From Candidatus Omnitrophota bacterium (lineage in GTDB: Bacteria > Omnitrophota > Gorgyraeia > Ghiorseimicrobiales > Ghiorseimicrobiaceae), in the NCBI GenBank assembly GCA_030681595.1, contig JAUXSB010000012.1, forward strand, positions 9,377 to 73,376: a stretch of 64,000 bases of DNA. The letters run 5' to 3'. The notes below the pieces were generated by a model. It worked only from the letters and a program-made list of their open reading frames with translations. It did not search any database and was not told where the DNA came from. Positions 37,191 through 46,290 of this stretch are shown here, one piece after another. How positions within the stretch are numbered: the stretch's first letter is position 1; each line of letters opens with the position of its first letter. A program made the translations under genes and the position numbers.

Positions 37191-37583
37191 CTAATCCCCC
37201 TTCTTAATCTTCTCCTTCGCTTTAATTTTATTCCAGTTACGAATGATTTCGCGCGAGGATTTTACTTTAGTATTGCCGAAAACATGCGGATGCCGACGCT
37301 TTAACTTCTCTATCAGTTCCGTTATTACATCCTCGCTGTCAAATTTATTTTCTTTTGCGGCAATCTGTGAATGGAACATGACCTGAAGTAAAATATCCCC
37401 CAATTCTTCCTGCATATGAGAAAGATTGCCGCTTCTAACCGCCGCAACAAATTCCCCTGTTTCTTCTTTTAAATATTTTAAAAGCGACTTATGCGTCTGC
37501 TTCTTATCCCAAAGGCATCCCTTTGGCCCATGCAGAACCTCAAAGATTTTCTTCAACTCTATAAACTTTGTTTTTTCTTTCAT
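37191..37583 (-). CDS. MazG-like nucleoside triphosphate pyrophosphohydrolase
   Basis: LKEETGEFVAAV...EELGDILLQVMFHSQIA...RRHPHVFG. Confidence 0.8.
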   Translation of the reverse strand: MKEKTKFIELKKIFEVLHGPKGCLWDKKQTHKSLLKYLKEETGEFVAAVRSGNLSHMQEELGDILLQVMFHSQIAAKENKFDSEDVITELIEKLKRRHPHVFGNTKVKSSREIIRNWNKIKAKEKIKKGD

Positions 37584-38276
37584 TTAAATAGAGGCCCTCT
37601 CTAGCGGGGACGATTTTAACGCCGGCAAGATAACCACGAATTCTCCGCGGGGATGGCGCTTAGTAAAATGCTCAATTAAGGCGCCTGCCTTATCTTTTTT
37701 GATTTCCTCAAATTTTTTGGTGGCTTCGCGCACACAAAGCACCTCTCTTTCGCCGAAAACTTCCCGGATGTCCGCTAATAATTTTAACAGGCGATACGGC
37801 GATTCATAAAACACAATAGTGCGGTTTTCTCCGGCCAATTCCCTAAGGCGCGCCAGCCTTGCCTGGCCCTTATTGGACAAAAATCCTTCAAAGATGAATT
37901 TTTCTCCGGGGCAGCCGGAAAGCGCAAGCGCGTTAATCAAAGCGCATGGCCCGGGGATAGCAGTAATAGAGATGTTATTTTCCTGCGCCAGCTTGATAAT
38001 ATTATATCCCGGATCGCTTATTCCGGGGGTCCCGGCATCGGAAACCAAAGCAACATCCTTACCTTCTTTTAAAAGGCCAAGCAGGTATTGGCCCTTGGTG
38101 ATTTTATTGTATTCAAAATAGCTGGTAAGCGGCGTAGAAATCTGGTAGTGGCTGGTTAAAATTTTGCTATGGCGCGTATCTTCACAGGCGATTAAATCCA
38201 CGCTTTTTAAAACTTCTAGCGCGCGCAGAGTTATATCTTTGAGATTACCGATAGGCGTAGAAACAATATATAACAT
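37584..38276 (-). CDS. rsmI: 16S rRNA (cytidine1402-2'-O)-methyltransferase RsmI
   Basis: MLYIVSTPIGNLKDITLRALEVLKSVDLIACEDTRHS. Confidence 0.9.
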   Translation of the reverse strand: MLYIVSTPIGNLKDITLRALEVLKSVDLIACEDTRHSKILTSHYQISTPLTSYFEYNKITKGQYLLGLLKEGKDVALVSDAGTPGISDPGYNIIKLAQENNISITAIPGPCALINALALSGCPGEKFIFEGFLSNKGQARLARLRELAGENRTIVFYESPYRLLKLLADIREVFGEREVLCVREATKKFEEIKKDKAGALIEHFTKRHPRGEFVVILPALKSSPLERASI

Positions 38277-38280
38277 TTAC

Positions 38281-38402
38281 CCCGTTAGAGATAGCCCCGA
38301 AGCTTCGGGGCGTCTGTTCTTTACAAATCTCACTGATAAAAATGTGCTTCCATAATTACCAAACCCCGCCTGCTCTAGAAATAGATGTTATCTCTAACGG
38401 GG
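38281..38402. repeat. Rep-C element (122 bp; CCCGTTAGAGATA...TATCTCTAACGGGG) with an internal 18-bp perfect palindrome GCCCCGAAGCTTCGGGGC
   Basis: Read directly, in the gap between rsmI and glmS. Confidence 0.75.
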
Positions 38403-38403
38403 T

Positions 38404-40242
38404 TTATTCTACAGTAACGGACTTGGCTAAATTGCGCGGCTGGTCCACGTCGCATCCGCGCTTGACAGAAATATCATAGGCAAGCAGCTGCATAGGAAGC
38501 ACGGTTATTAATGGAGAAAATAATTCATCTACCTGCGGGATATAAATAACTTCCCGGGTGAGTTCTTTTATTTTTTCATCGCCTTCGCTGGCGATAGCAA
38601 TAATTTTCCCGCGCCGTGAGTGTATTTCCTGAATATTGGAAATCATCTTCTCGTAAACCTTGGAGTGGGGTGCTACACAGACAACCGCGCGGTATTCATC
38701 AATTAAGGCAATGGGGCCGTGTTTCATCTCGCCTGCGGCATAACCTTCGGCCGGGATATAAGAAATTTCTTTAAGCTTAAGTGCTCCTTCCAGCGCGGAA
38801 GGAAAATTAATATGCCTGCCCAAAAATAAAAATGAACCGAAATGGTGATGCCGCTGAGCGATAGCCGTGATTTCTTTTTGATTCTTTAATATTTTTTCTT
38901 GCAGGCGCGGTATTGTCTTTAATGTATTTATCAGGCCTATTTTGGTATTTGTGTCCAATGTTTTTCTTATATCCGCTATATATATCGCCAGGAGATATAA
39001 AACGCTTAATTGCGCCGTATAAGCCTTGGTCGAGGCAACGCCAATCTCCGGGCCGGCATTGGTATATATAACCCCGTCGGCTTCGCGAGTCAGGCTTGAG
39101 CCTAAAACATTGCAAACCGCCAAAATCTTCGCCTCTTTTTTCTTTGCCTCTCTTACTGCCGCCAACGTATCGGCGGTCTCGCCTGACTGGCTGATGGCAA
39201 TAATCAAAGTATCTTTATCCACTAAAGGATTGCGGTACCTAAATTCACTTGATAAATCTACGCTTACGGAAATTTTGCATAGCTCTTCCAGGATGTATTT
39301 ACCGCAGAGGCCGGCATGATAAGCAGTGCCACAGGCAACCACGGTAATATTTTTTACCGCGAAGATTTCTTCGCGGGAAATCTTTAACTGATCAAAAAAT
39401 ACTTCCGGCCGGTCTTTTAAAATCCTCTGATTAAGCATATTTTCTAAAACTGCCGGCTGTTCATTTATTTCCTTAAGCATAAAGTGCGTAAATCCGCCTT
39501 TCTGCGCTTGAGAAACATCCCAGCTTACAGTTACGGGGCTCATTTTTACAGGTACTCCGGAAAAAGAGGTTATCTCAATTTTATCCTTGCTTAAGACTGC
39601 CATTTCATTTTCTTCCAGGAAAATCACTTCTTTAGTCGCATCCAGCAGTGCCGGAACATCGCTAGCCAAAAAATTTTCATCCTTGCCTACGCCGACGATC
39701 AAAGGGCTCCCGCACCTAACACCAATGAGCTTATCCGGCTCACGCCTAGAAATAACCCCGATAGCAAAAGAACCCTCTAATTTAGAAATTGCCTGCCTAA
39801 CCGCATTTTCTAAAGAGCAATCCTTATAGAATTTTTCAATGAGATGAACGATTACTTCGGTATCTGTTTGGCTGATAAATTTATGCTTCTCTTTGATTAG
39901 CTGGGCTTTCAGCACGGCGTAGTTTTCGATGATGCCGTTATGCACAATAGCAATTTCATTTTTGCAATCTAGATGCGGGTGGGCGTTTACCTGGTTGGGC
40001 TCTCCGTGCGTACTCCAGCGTGTGTGAGAAATGCCGAGATTTCCTGAAAGCGGTTTTTTCTTTAAAAGAGCTTCTAACACCCTGACTTTACCCGGCAGCT
40101 TCCTGATAGACAAGGAATTCTTGACAGGCAAATAAGTAACCATTCCGGCGGAATCGTAACCGCGGTATTCAAGGCGCTTAAGGCCATTTAGAAGAATGGG
40201 CTGGGCGAGCTTGTCTCCGATATATCCGACTATTCCACACAT
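38404..40242 (-). CDS. glmS: Glutamine--fructose-6-phosphate aminotransferase
   Basis: MCGIVGYIG N-terminal nucleophile, two SIS domains, C-terminal ...KSVTVE. Confidence 0.95.
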   Translation of the reverse strand: MCGIVGYIGDKLAQPILLNGLKRLEYRGYDSAGMVTYLPVKNSLSIRKLPGKVRVLEALLKKKPLSGNLGISHTRWSTHGEPNQVNAHPHLDCKNEIAIVHNGIIENYAVLKAQLIKEKHKFISQTDTEVIVHLIEKFYKDCSLENAVRQAISKLEGSFAIGVISRREPDKLIGVRCGSPLIVGVGKDENFLASDVPALLDATKEVIFLEENEMAVLSKDKIEITSFSGVPVKMSPVTVSWDVSQAQKGGFTHFMLKEINEQPAVLENMLNQRILKDRPEVFFDQLKISREEIFAVKNITVVACGTAYHAGLCGKYILEELCKISVSVDLSSEFRYRNPLVDKDTLIIAISQSGETADTLAAVREAKKKEAKILAVCNVLGSSLTREADGVIYTNAGPEIGVASTKAYTAQLSVLYLLAIYIADIRKTLDTNTKIGLINTLKTIPRLQEKILKNQKEITAIAQRHHHFGSFLFLGRHINFPSALEGALKLKEISYIPAEGYAAGEMKHGPIALIDEYRAVVCVAPHSKVYEKMISNIQEIHSRRGKIIAIASEGDEKIKELTREVIYIPQVDELFSPLITVLPMQLLAYDISVKRGCDVDQPRNLAKSVTVE

Positions 40243-40288
40243 GGTTAGCGTATGGCGTATAGCGTATAGCGCATAGAAAAAATAAACG

Positions 40289-40846
40289 CTACCGGCTAGG
40301 CGCTACCAACTTCTCCTTTAATGTTTGGGCCGTATCTTTATCTAGCAATACCTCGACAATTTTTAAAGCGAATGCAAGCGCTGTGCCCGGTCCGCGGCTG
40401 GTAATTATATTCCCATCCCGCACAACTTCCTCTTGAGTAAATTTGATCTCTCTTGAAAAAAGTTTTTCCATGCCGGGAAAACAGGTTGCTTTCTTGCCCT
40501 TTAAGACCCCCGCCGGCTCAAGCACCAATGCGGGAGCGGCACAGATCGCGCCAATAATCTTACCGGACTTAAACATCTTATTGATTAAACTTGCCACCTT
40601 GGGCGACTTAGCTAAATTTTCTGCTCCGGGAGAACCGCCCGGTAAAATCAAAGCGCTTGTTTCTTCCTTAAGCTCATCCAGTAAAATATCGGTGCTGACT
40701 TTAATCCCGTGCGAGCCGCGGGTTTCTCTATTGCTTAAACCGGCAACAATTACTTCTATTTGCGCCCGACGTAAAATATCTATTGCGGTTATCGCCTCTA
40801 TTTCCTCAAACCCATCGGCTAATATAATCAGTGCTTTTTTTACCAT
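40289..40846 (-). CDS. DJ-1/PfpI family protein
   Basis: ALIILADGFEEIEA...GAICAAPALVL: conserved nucleophile-elbow Cys. Confidence 0.85.
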   Translation of the reverse strand: MVKKALIILADGFEEIEAITAIDILRRAQIEVIVAGLSNRETRGSHGIKVSTDILLDELKEETSALILPGGSPGAENLAKSPKVASLINKMFKSGKIIGAICAAPALVLEPAGVLKGKKATCFPGMEKLFSREIKFTQEEVVRDGNIITSRGPGTALAFALKIVEVLLDKDTAQTLKEKLVAPSR

Positions 40847-40865
40847 AGCGCCTATCCTTTAGATA

Positions 40866-40890
40866 TGCGTAATAATTTGGTGCGCAGGGT
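40866..40890. repeat. Direct-repeat copy of the tRNA-Leu 3' end (AATTTGGTGCGCAGGGTGGGAG), about 206 bp from the gene; att-site-like remnant
   Basis: The first 26 nt are identical to 41071-41096, after which the sequences diverge. The downstream stretch does not fold into a tRNA. Confidence 0.7.
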
Positions 40891-41081
40891 GGGAGATGAA
40901 CTCATCATAGGGGCTTAATGCCCCTCTGATGTCGCTCGCTAAGCTCGCTCCTGTCACCCCGCAGCGAATCAGGTGAGCGATTCTTGAAGGGAACATCATC
41001 TTTTCCCTTCAAACAACTCTTTTGTTCAACTCCACGCTCTCGCGGAATAAAGTAACCTTCTAAGCTAAACTTATAATTTGG

Positions 41082-41164
41082 TGCGCAGGGTGGGAGTTGA
41101 ACCCACACAGCCTTGCGGCCAATAGCCCCTCAAACTATCGTGTCTGCCATTTCACCACCTGCGC
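41082..41164 (-). tRNA. tRNA-Leu (anticodon GAG) with a long variable arm
   Basis: Hand fold: acceptor GCGCAGG/CCTGCGC, anticodon loop TTGAGGG, variable-arm stem GCC/GGC, T-loop TTCAACT. An encoded CCA follows. Confidence 0.8.
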
Positions 41165-41234
41165 AAGATCATTCTAACCGCTATATTTTACCATATCAGC
41201 CTAATATGGCAAGCAGCTTAAGATTAAACAACGC

Positions 41235-43163
41235 CTATTTTAGCTGCGCTTTTATTTGTTTAATCTCGACCCTGACTTCAATAATCCTTTTGTCTATTGC
41301 TTGAAGGCGAAGCGTATATTCTTTAAGCGTTTCTTCCTCGCGCATAATGCGCGGGCTAGATAAAGCACGCGCTTTGGCATAGCGCTCAAGCTTAAGCCCC
41401 TCCTCTTCCTGCTGCAATTTTTTTATTTTACTGCGTAATAAGCTCGTATCGATGCGCGGCTTCGATTCTTCTCTGGCCTCCGGCTTTTCTTTTTTCTGTT
41501 CAGTCTTAATTTCCGTACCCTTCTTATGATAAGCCGCTAGCTGAAGCCTCTTTTCTTCTCCTTGCCCCTTCTCAAGCTCTTGCTTCTTTTCCAAATAATA
41601 ATCAAAATTCCCGGGATATTCGCGGATACGTCCGTCTTTTACCTCAAAAACAGTATTTGCCACGGAGCGGACAAAATAAATATCATGGCTGATAAAAACA
41701 ATCGTTCCGGCATAATCATTCAGCGCCTTAACCAAGGCATCAACCGCATCCACATCTAAATGCGTGGTGGGTTCGTCCAAAAGCAAAAAATTAGGTGGAT
41801 TGATTAAAAGCTTAGCGAGAATCAACCGGCTTTTTTCGCCCCCGGAAAGCACTTTCACCGGCTTTTCCACGTCGTCTCCGCTAAATAAAAAAGCCCCCAG
41901 AATAGTTCTTATCGTCTCCTCCGCCGTATATCCGGGCGCAGCACTATACGCCTCCCTTAAAACTGTATTTTCCGGATTTAACACATCCATGCGCGTCTGG
42001 GAAAAATAACCAATTTCTACGTTGTGGCCGACAACACGCTCGCCGCAGTCAATATCAACCACGCCGGCTAAAATCTTTAATAAGGTAGACTTACCCGCTC
42101 CGTTTTCGCCTGCCAATACTGCTTTTTGCCCCTGCGATACCTCGAAATCCAAATCTTTATAAACGCAAATATCGCCGTATGATTTAGAAGCCCTACCTAA
42201 TTTAATTACCCTCTGGCCGCTTCTTCGTGGTTGAGGAAAATGAAAATCACGGATGCTGCTGCGCGTATCCGGCGGCAGGATAACCATTTCCTCTTCCATC
42301 CTTTCTAAAGCCGTACGCTTAGACCTTACCGCTGCGGCTTTATTCGGCTGGGCATGAAAACGGCTGATAAATACTTCCAGCTGCTTGCGTTTCTTTTCCT
42401 GTTCCTTAAACTGCCTGAGCAAATAAGTATACTGCTCATCTTTTACCTGCCGGAAATGTTCGTAATTGCCGCGGATTTTGGCAATCGCCGCATTTTCTAA
42501 AATAAGCGTATAATTAGTGACTTCGGTTAAAAATGCCTTGTCATGAGAGATCATGATGAATGTACCGGGAAATTCCGCCAAATAATCTTTAAGCCAAAGA
42601 GCGGCATTTAAGTCCAGGTAATTCGTCGGCTCATCCAAAAGTAAAAGGTCATAGTGATGCGTAAGCAGCTTGGCCAATAAAACACGCATCTGCCATCCGC
42701 CGCTTAACTGTGTGATAGGGCGGGCAAAATCCCTTTCCTTAAAACCAAGGCCCATCAATACTTTTTTTGCTTTGTGCTCTAATTCAAAGTAGCCGCGCGT
42801 TTCCAGCTCGTGCAATACTTCGCCATAGCGGGATGAGGCAGCCTCATTTTTATCTTCCATTTCCTGTTTTTCCTTTTTAAGCTGCCTTATCTTCTCATCG
42901 CCCTCAACCACCTCTGTCAACACTAAATGTTCGGATTTAAAACCTGCTTCCTGCGCAAGGTATCCGATATTTGTGTTTTTATTTACCCGGATTGCTCCCT
43001 TGGAAGGTTCAATTTGCCCTAAAATTAAAGCAAAGAGTGTGGTTTTCCCGGAGCCGTTCGGCCCGATAAGCCCTACTTTTTCTCCTTTATTTATACTCAA
43101 GGAAACATTTTCAAAAAGGGCTTTCTCTCCGTAATTTTTAAAAAGGTTTGCTATGGTAATCAT
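41235..43163 (-). CDS. ABC-F family ATPase (second paralog) with a Lys/Glu-rich C-terminal coiled coil
   Basis: Two Walker A motifs (GPNGSGKTT, GENGAGKST) and signature motifs (LSGGWQMR, LSGGEKSR). Confidence 0.85.
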   Translation of the reverse strand: MITIANLFKNYGEKALFENVSLSINKGEKVGLIGPNGSGKTTLFALILGQIEPSKGAIRVNKNTNIGYLAQEAGFKSEHLVLTEVVEGDEKIRQLKKEKQEMEDKNEAASSRYGEVLHELETRGYFELEHKAKKVLMGLGFKERDFARPITQLSGGWQMRVLLAKLLTHHYDLLLLDEPTNYLDLNAALWLKDYLAEFPGTFIMISHDKAFLTEVTNYTLILENAAIAKIRGNYEHFRQVKDEQYTYLLRQFKEQEKKRKQLEVFISRFHAQPNKAAAVRSKRTALERMEEEMVILPPDTRSSIRDFHFPQPRRSGQRVIKLGRASKSYGDICVYKDLDFEVSQGQKAVLAGENGAGKSTLLKILAGVVDIDCGERVVGHNVEIGYFSQTRMDVLNPENTVLREAYSAAPGYTAEETIRTILGAFLFSGDDVEKPVKVLSGGEKSRLILAKLLINPPNFLLLDEPTTHLDVDAVDALVKALNDYAGTIVFISHDIYFVRSVANTVFEVKDGRIREYPGNFDYYLEKKQELEKGQGEEKRLQLAAYHKKGTEIKTEQKKEKPEAREESKPRIDTSLLRSKIKKLQQEEEGLKLERYAKARALSSPRIMREEETLKEYTLRLQAIDKRIIEVRVEIKQIKAQLK

Positions 43164-43248
43164 GGGATAAACTTATTCTATTTTTGATTACATCCTAATA
43201 AAAACCCCCCTTCCCGCTACCTCGAGAAAAGGGCTTAAAGCAATTTGG

Positions 43249-43319
43249 CTGCCCCCCATGGATTCGAACCATGATAGCAAGATCCAGAATCTTGAGGCCT
43301 ACCATTAGCCGAGAGGGCA
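43249..43319 (-). tRNA. tRNA-Gln (anticodon CUG) with U1-A72; followed by an encoded CCA
   Basis: Hand fold: anticodon stem CAAGA/TCTTG, loop TTCTGGA, T-loop TTCGAAT. Confidence 0.8.
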
Positions 43320-43423
43320 AAAATTAATGTTGTAGTTTTTTACCGTCCATTGCCTGACGGCTTGAAAATTATGCAGGAATTTTACGCACGCAGCAAGATA
43401 GATTCACCGCAATCAGAGGGAGA

Positions 43424-44932
43424 TTACCACCAGTTTTCTCTCATCCATCTGTCTGCGCGGCTTAAGGCACTGTCGTCGGGCTGCCCCCTTACGCAGTTTA
43501 CTATTGCCATCGCATCTTCTCCCATACCTTTTATTGTAGCGCAACCGGAAAAAAATCCCGCGCTACAGATTAACAGCGAAAGCCACAGTAAACACTTAAA
43601 CCCTGCCTGCCCGGCATTCTTCCATAATTCTTTAGCCATGGTCAGCCTTTCTCTTGTCTTTTCTTTACCCAATATTGCGATGGTTTCAAACAACCCCGGC
43701 CCGATGGTTTTTCCGGATAGAGCAATCCTTACCGGATGCACGAGCTCACCTACCTTTATGCCTAATTCATTAACCAATCCGCGAAACTCTTCCTCAATGG
43801 CCGCGTGGTTAAAATCCGTGATTTTCTCAAAACGTTCTATCAAAAAGCCAAATTCTTTAGATAAATTACGCTCCAACAGTTTTTTCCTGGTTTCTTCTTC
43901 AAATTTTACTTCCCCTAAAAATATAAAATCCGACCAACTGACAAAATCCTCCAGGGTAGAGATACGCCCCTGAAATAATTTTACCACAGCCGATATTTCT
44001 TCTCTATTAAAATTTTCTTTTTTGATATAGCCTGCTTCTATTAAACGAGGAATTAAAAGCTCTACCAAGTAAACGGAATCTGCTTTTTTAATATACTGAG
44101 AATTAAGCCAATTTAATTTATCCATATCAAAAATAGCGGCAGTCTTATTGATATTTTTAATCTCAAATTTTTTAATTATTTCTTCTATGTTTACCACTTC
44201 CTGATTTCCTCCGGGCGACCAGCCTAAGAGCAAAAAATAGTTTGTCAGCGCCTCCGGCAAATAGCCCATTTTGCGGTAGTCACTAATTGCGGTAGCCCCC
44301 GTCCTTTTAGAAAGCCGGCCCCCGTCTTTTCCTAAAATTAACGGCAGGTGCGCAAAAAAAGGCACCTTGAACCCTAATGCCGCATATAATACCGTCTGTT
44401 TAGGAGTATTGGAGATATGGTCGTCTCCGCGTAAAACATGGGTTATGCCCAGCAAAGCATCGTCCACCACACAAGCGAAATTGTAAGTCGGGCTTTTATC
44501 TTCTTTGATCAAAACCTGATCTTTAATCAGTTCGGAGTCAAATTCAATTTCCCCGCGGATAATGTCGTTTATCTTTATTTTCTGCGGTTCCACCTTAAAA
44601 ATTAATGCGCCGTTTTCCGCCGTATAGGCCTTGCCTTCTTTAAGGAGCTTTTCGGCATATTGACGGTAAATATCGAAACGCTGGCTTTGGTAATAAAGCT
44701 CATCCCAATTCATCTTAAGCCATGCCAGACTGTCTAAAATTTCATCAAGATATTCTTTTTTGGAGCGTTCCAAATCCGTATCTTCAATGCGCAGGATAAA
44801 TTTTCCCCGCGCATGCTTAGCATACAGCCAGTTAAATAAGGCCGTGCGCGCCCCGCCTATATGTAAAAACCCCGTCGGACTAGGAGCAAATCTTACCTTT
44901 ACATTACTTTCCATAAGCCATCCCTCTCTCAA
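43424..44932 (-). CDS. gltX: Glutamyl-tRNA synthetase with an unusual C-terminal extension of about 60 aa
   Basis: VKVRFAPSPTGFLHIGGARTALFNWLYAKH (HIGH motif) and the KMSKS region. The extra tail ...GFKCLLWLSLLICSAGFFSGCATIKG resembles a lipoprotein signal peptide. Confidence 0.9.
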   Translation of the reverse strand: MREGWLMESNVKVRFAPSPTGFLHIGGARTALFNWLYAKHARGKFILRIEDTDLERSKKEYLDEILDSLAWLKMNWDELYYQSQRFDIYRQYAEKLLKEGKAYTAENGALIFKVEPQKIKINDIIRGEIEFDSELIKDQVLIKEDKSPTYNFACVVDDALLGITHVLRGDDHISNTPKQTVLYAALGFKVPFFAHLPLILGKDGGRLSKRTGATAISDYRKMGYLPEALTNYFLLLGWSPGGNQEVVNIEEIIKKFEIKNINKTAAIFDMDKLNWLNSQYIKKADSVYLVELLIPRLIEAGYIKKENFNREEISAVVKLFQGRISTLEDFVSWSDFIFLGEVKFEEETRKKLLERNLSKEFGFLIERFEKITDFNHAAIEEEFRGLVNELGIKVGELVHPVRIALSGKTIGPGLFETIAILGKEKTRERLTMAKELWKNAGQAGFKCLLWLSLLICSAGFFSGCATIKGMGEDAMAIVNCVRGQPDDSALSRADRWMRENWW

Positions 44933-45440
44933 ATGCTTTTTTATTGACTGCGATTATCTCCCGGCTTAAGCCTTCCAGCATCTTAGCTAAAACTACATCT
45001 GTCTGTTTAGCGGAGGCGATTTTCTTATATCCCAAGTATGCCCCGAGGGCTACAGTGTTAGCGCATTTCACATTACCTGTTTCTTGCGCAATAGCGGTAA
45101 AAGGGATTTCGCTTACCTGAAGGTCGTTTCTTTTTGGTTTTATATTTATCAGCGATTTATTCAAAAATAAAGCACCGCCTTTTTTAAGGCGTCCTTCAAA
45201 TTTAACCAATGACGGCGCATTCATTACTATCAAGGCGTCTACCTTGTCTATCAACGGAGAATAAATTTCTTCATCCGAAATAATTACCATGCAATGGGCG
45301 GTACCACCTCTTACCTCCGCACCGTAAGCCGGCAGATAGGTGGTAAACCTACCTGCCTCAACGGCAAGATTAGATAAAAACTTGCTCATAACCATAATTC
45401 CCTGTCCGCCGGATCCGGCAATAATAATTTTCTCAGTCAT
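44904..45440 (-). CDS. 2-oxoacid:ferredoxin oxidoreductase, gamma subunit
   Basis: MTEKIIIAGSGGQGIMVMSKFL... Confidence 0.85.
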   Translation of the reverse strand: MTEKIIIAGSGGQGIMVMSKFLSNLAVEAGRFTTYLPAYGAEVRGGTAHCMVIISDEEIYSPLIDKVDALIVMNAPSLVKFEGRLKKGGALFLNKSLINIKPKRNDLQVSEIPFTAIAQETGNVKCANTVALGAYLGYKKIASAKQTDVVLAKMLEGLSREIIAVNKKAFERGMAYGK

Positions 45441-45485
45441 TTAAATGAGCGCGTAATCCCGGAGCTTCGGGATTATTTGCGCGAA

Positions 45486-46214
45486 TTACTTTATTTTCCC
45501 CAACGGAAACTCTTTTGTCATTTCTTCTCTCACCCACTTAACCGCGGCTGTGGGCTTCATCCCTAAATACGTCGGACAGGCAGATAAAATTTCCACCAAA
45601 GAAAAACCTTTACCTTCTATCTGATTGATAAAGGCCTGTTTTATCGCTCTTTTTGCCGCTAAAACCTTTACCGGGGAATCAGTGCTTACGCGCTCAACAT
45701 AATAAACTCCGCTAAGCTGAGCCAGTAATTCGCTGATTTTCAAAGGATATCCTGCCGATTTAGCATCCCGCCCAAATGGAGTAGTGGCGGTTTTTTGGTT
45801 TAAAAGTGTCGTCGGCGCCATCTGGCCGCCAGTCATGCCGTAGACCGCGTTATTAATAAATACGGTGGTTAAATTCTCGCCTCTGTTTGCCGCGTGTATT
45901 GTCTCGGCACACCCGATAGCCACTAAGTCTCCGTCGCCCTGATAAGTAAAAACGATTGCTTCAGGCCGGACCCTTTTTATGCCGGTTGCCACTGCCAAAG
46001 CCCTTCCGTGTGCCGCCTCACAGCAGTCAAAATCCCAATAATCATAAGCAATCACCGCGCACCCTATAGGGGCTACGCCTATAATTCTCTCCCGAATATC
46101 CAGCTCATCGACAACCTCAGAAATAAGCCGGTGCGCTATGCCGTGGCCGCAACCCGAGCAATAATGCGTGGGAATATCGCGTAATGATTTAGGACGGCCG
46201 AATATTTTATCCAT
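45486..46214 (-). CDS. 2-oxoacid:ferredoxin oxidoreductase, beta (TPP-binding) subunit
   Basis: HYCSGCGHGIAHRL...GDGDLVAIG. Confidence 0.85.
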   Translation of the reverse strand: MDKIFGRPKSLRDIPTHYCSGCGHGIAHRLISEVVDELDIRERIIGVAPIGCAVIAYDYWDFDCCEAAHGRALAVATGIKRVRPEAIVFTYQGDGDLVAIGCAETIHAANRGENLTTVFINNAVYGMTGGQMAPTTLLNQKTATTPFGRDAKSAGYPLKISELLAQLSGVYYVERVSTDSPVKVLAAKRAIKQAFINQIEGKGFSLVEILSACPTYLGMKPTAAVKWVREEMTKEFPLGKIK

Positions 46215-46290
46215 CTAAAGTTATAAATTATGAATTATAAATGAGAAGTTGTTTTAAAAACTTATAACTTATCACTTATAACTTCTAGCC
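46211..46290. repeat. Rep-D gene-junction element, copy 1 (contains AAGTTATAA/TTATAACTT inverted repeats); overlaps the last 7 codons and stop of the alpha-subunit gene and abuts the beta-subunit start
   Basis: Aligned by eye with the copies at 47655 and 50021. Confidence 0.7.

Noticed and set aside
40243-40288. A possible glmS ribozyme upstream of glmS.
   Set aside because: Only 46 bp separate glmS from the upstream DJ-1 gene. That is too short for the ~150-nt ribozyme, and the stretch is just a (GTATAGC)-type repeat.
40905-41108. 67-aa minus-strand ORF between the tRNA-Leu 3' repeat copies.
   Set aside because: It sits wholly inside the att-like remnant, with no ribosome-binding site and no recognisable domain. 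Probably non-coding.
43350-43973. Plus-strand 207-aa ORF.
   Set aside because: Antisense to gltX. Spurious.
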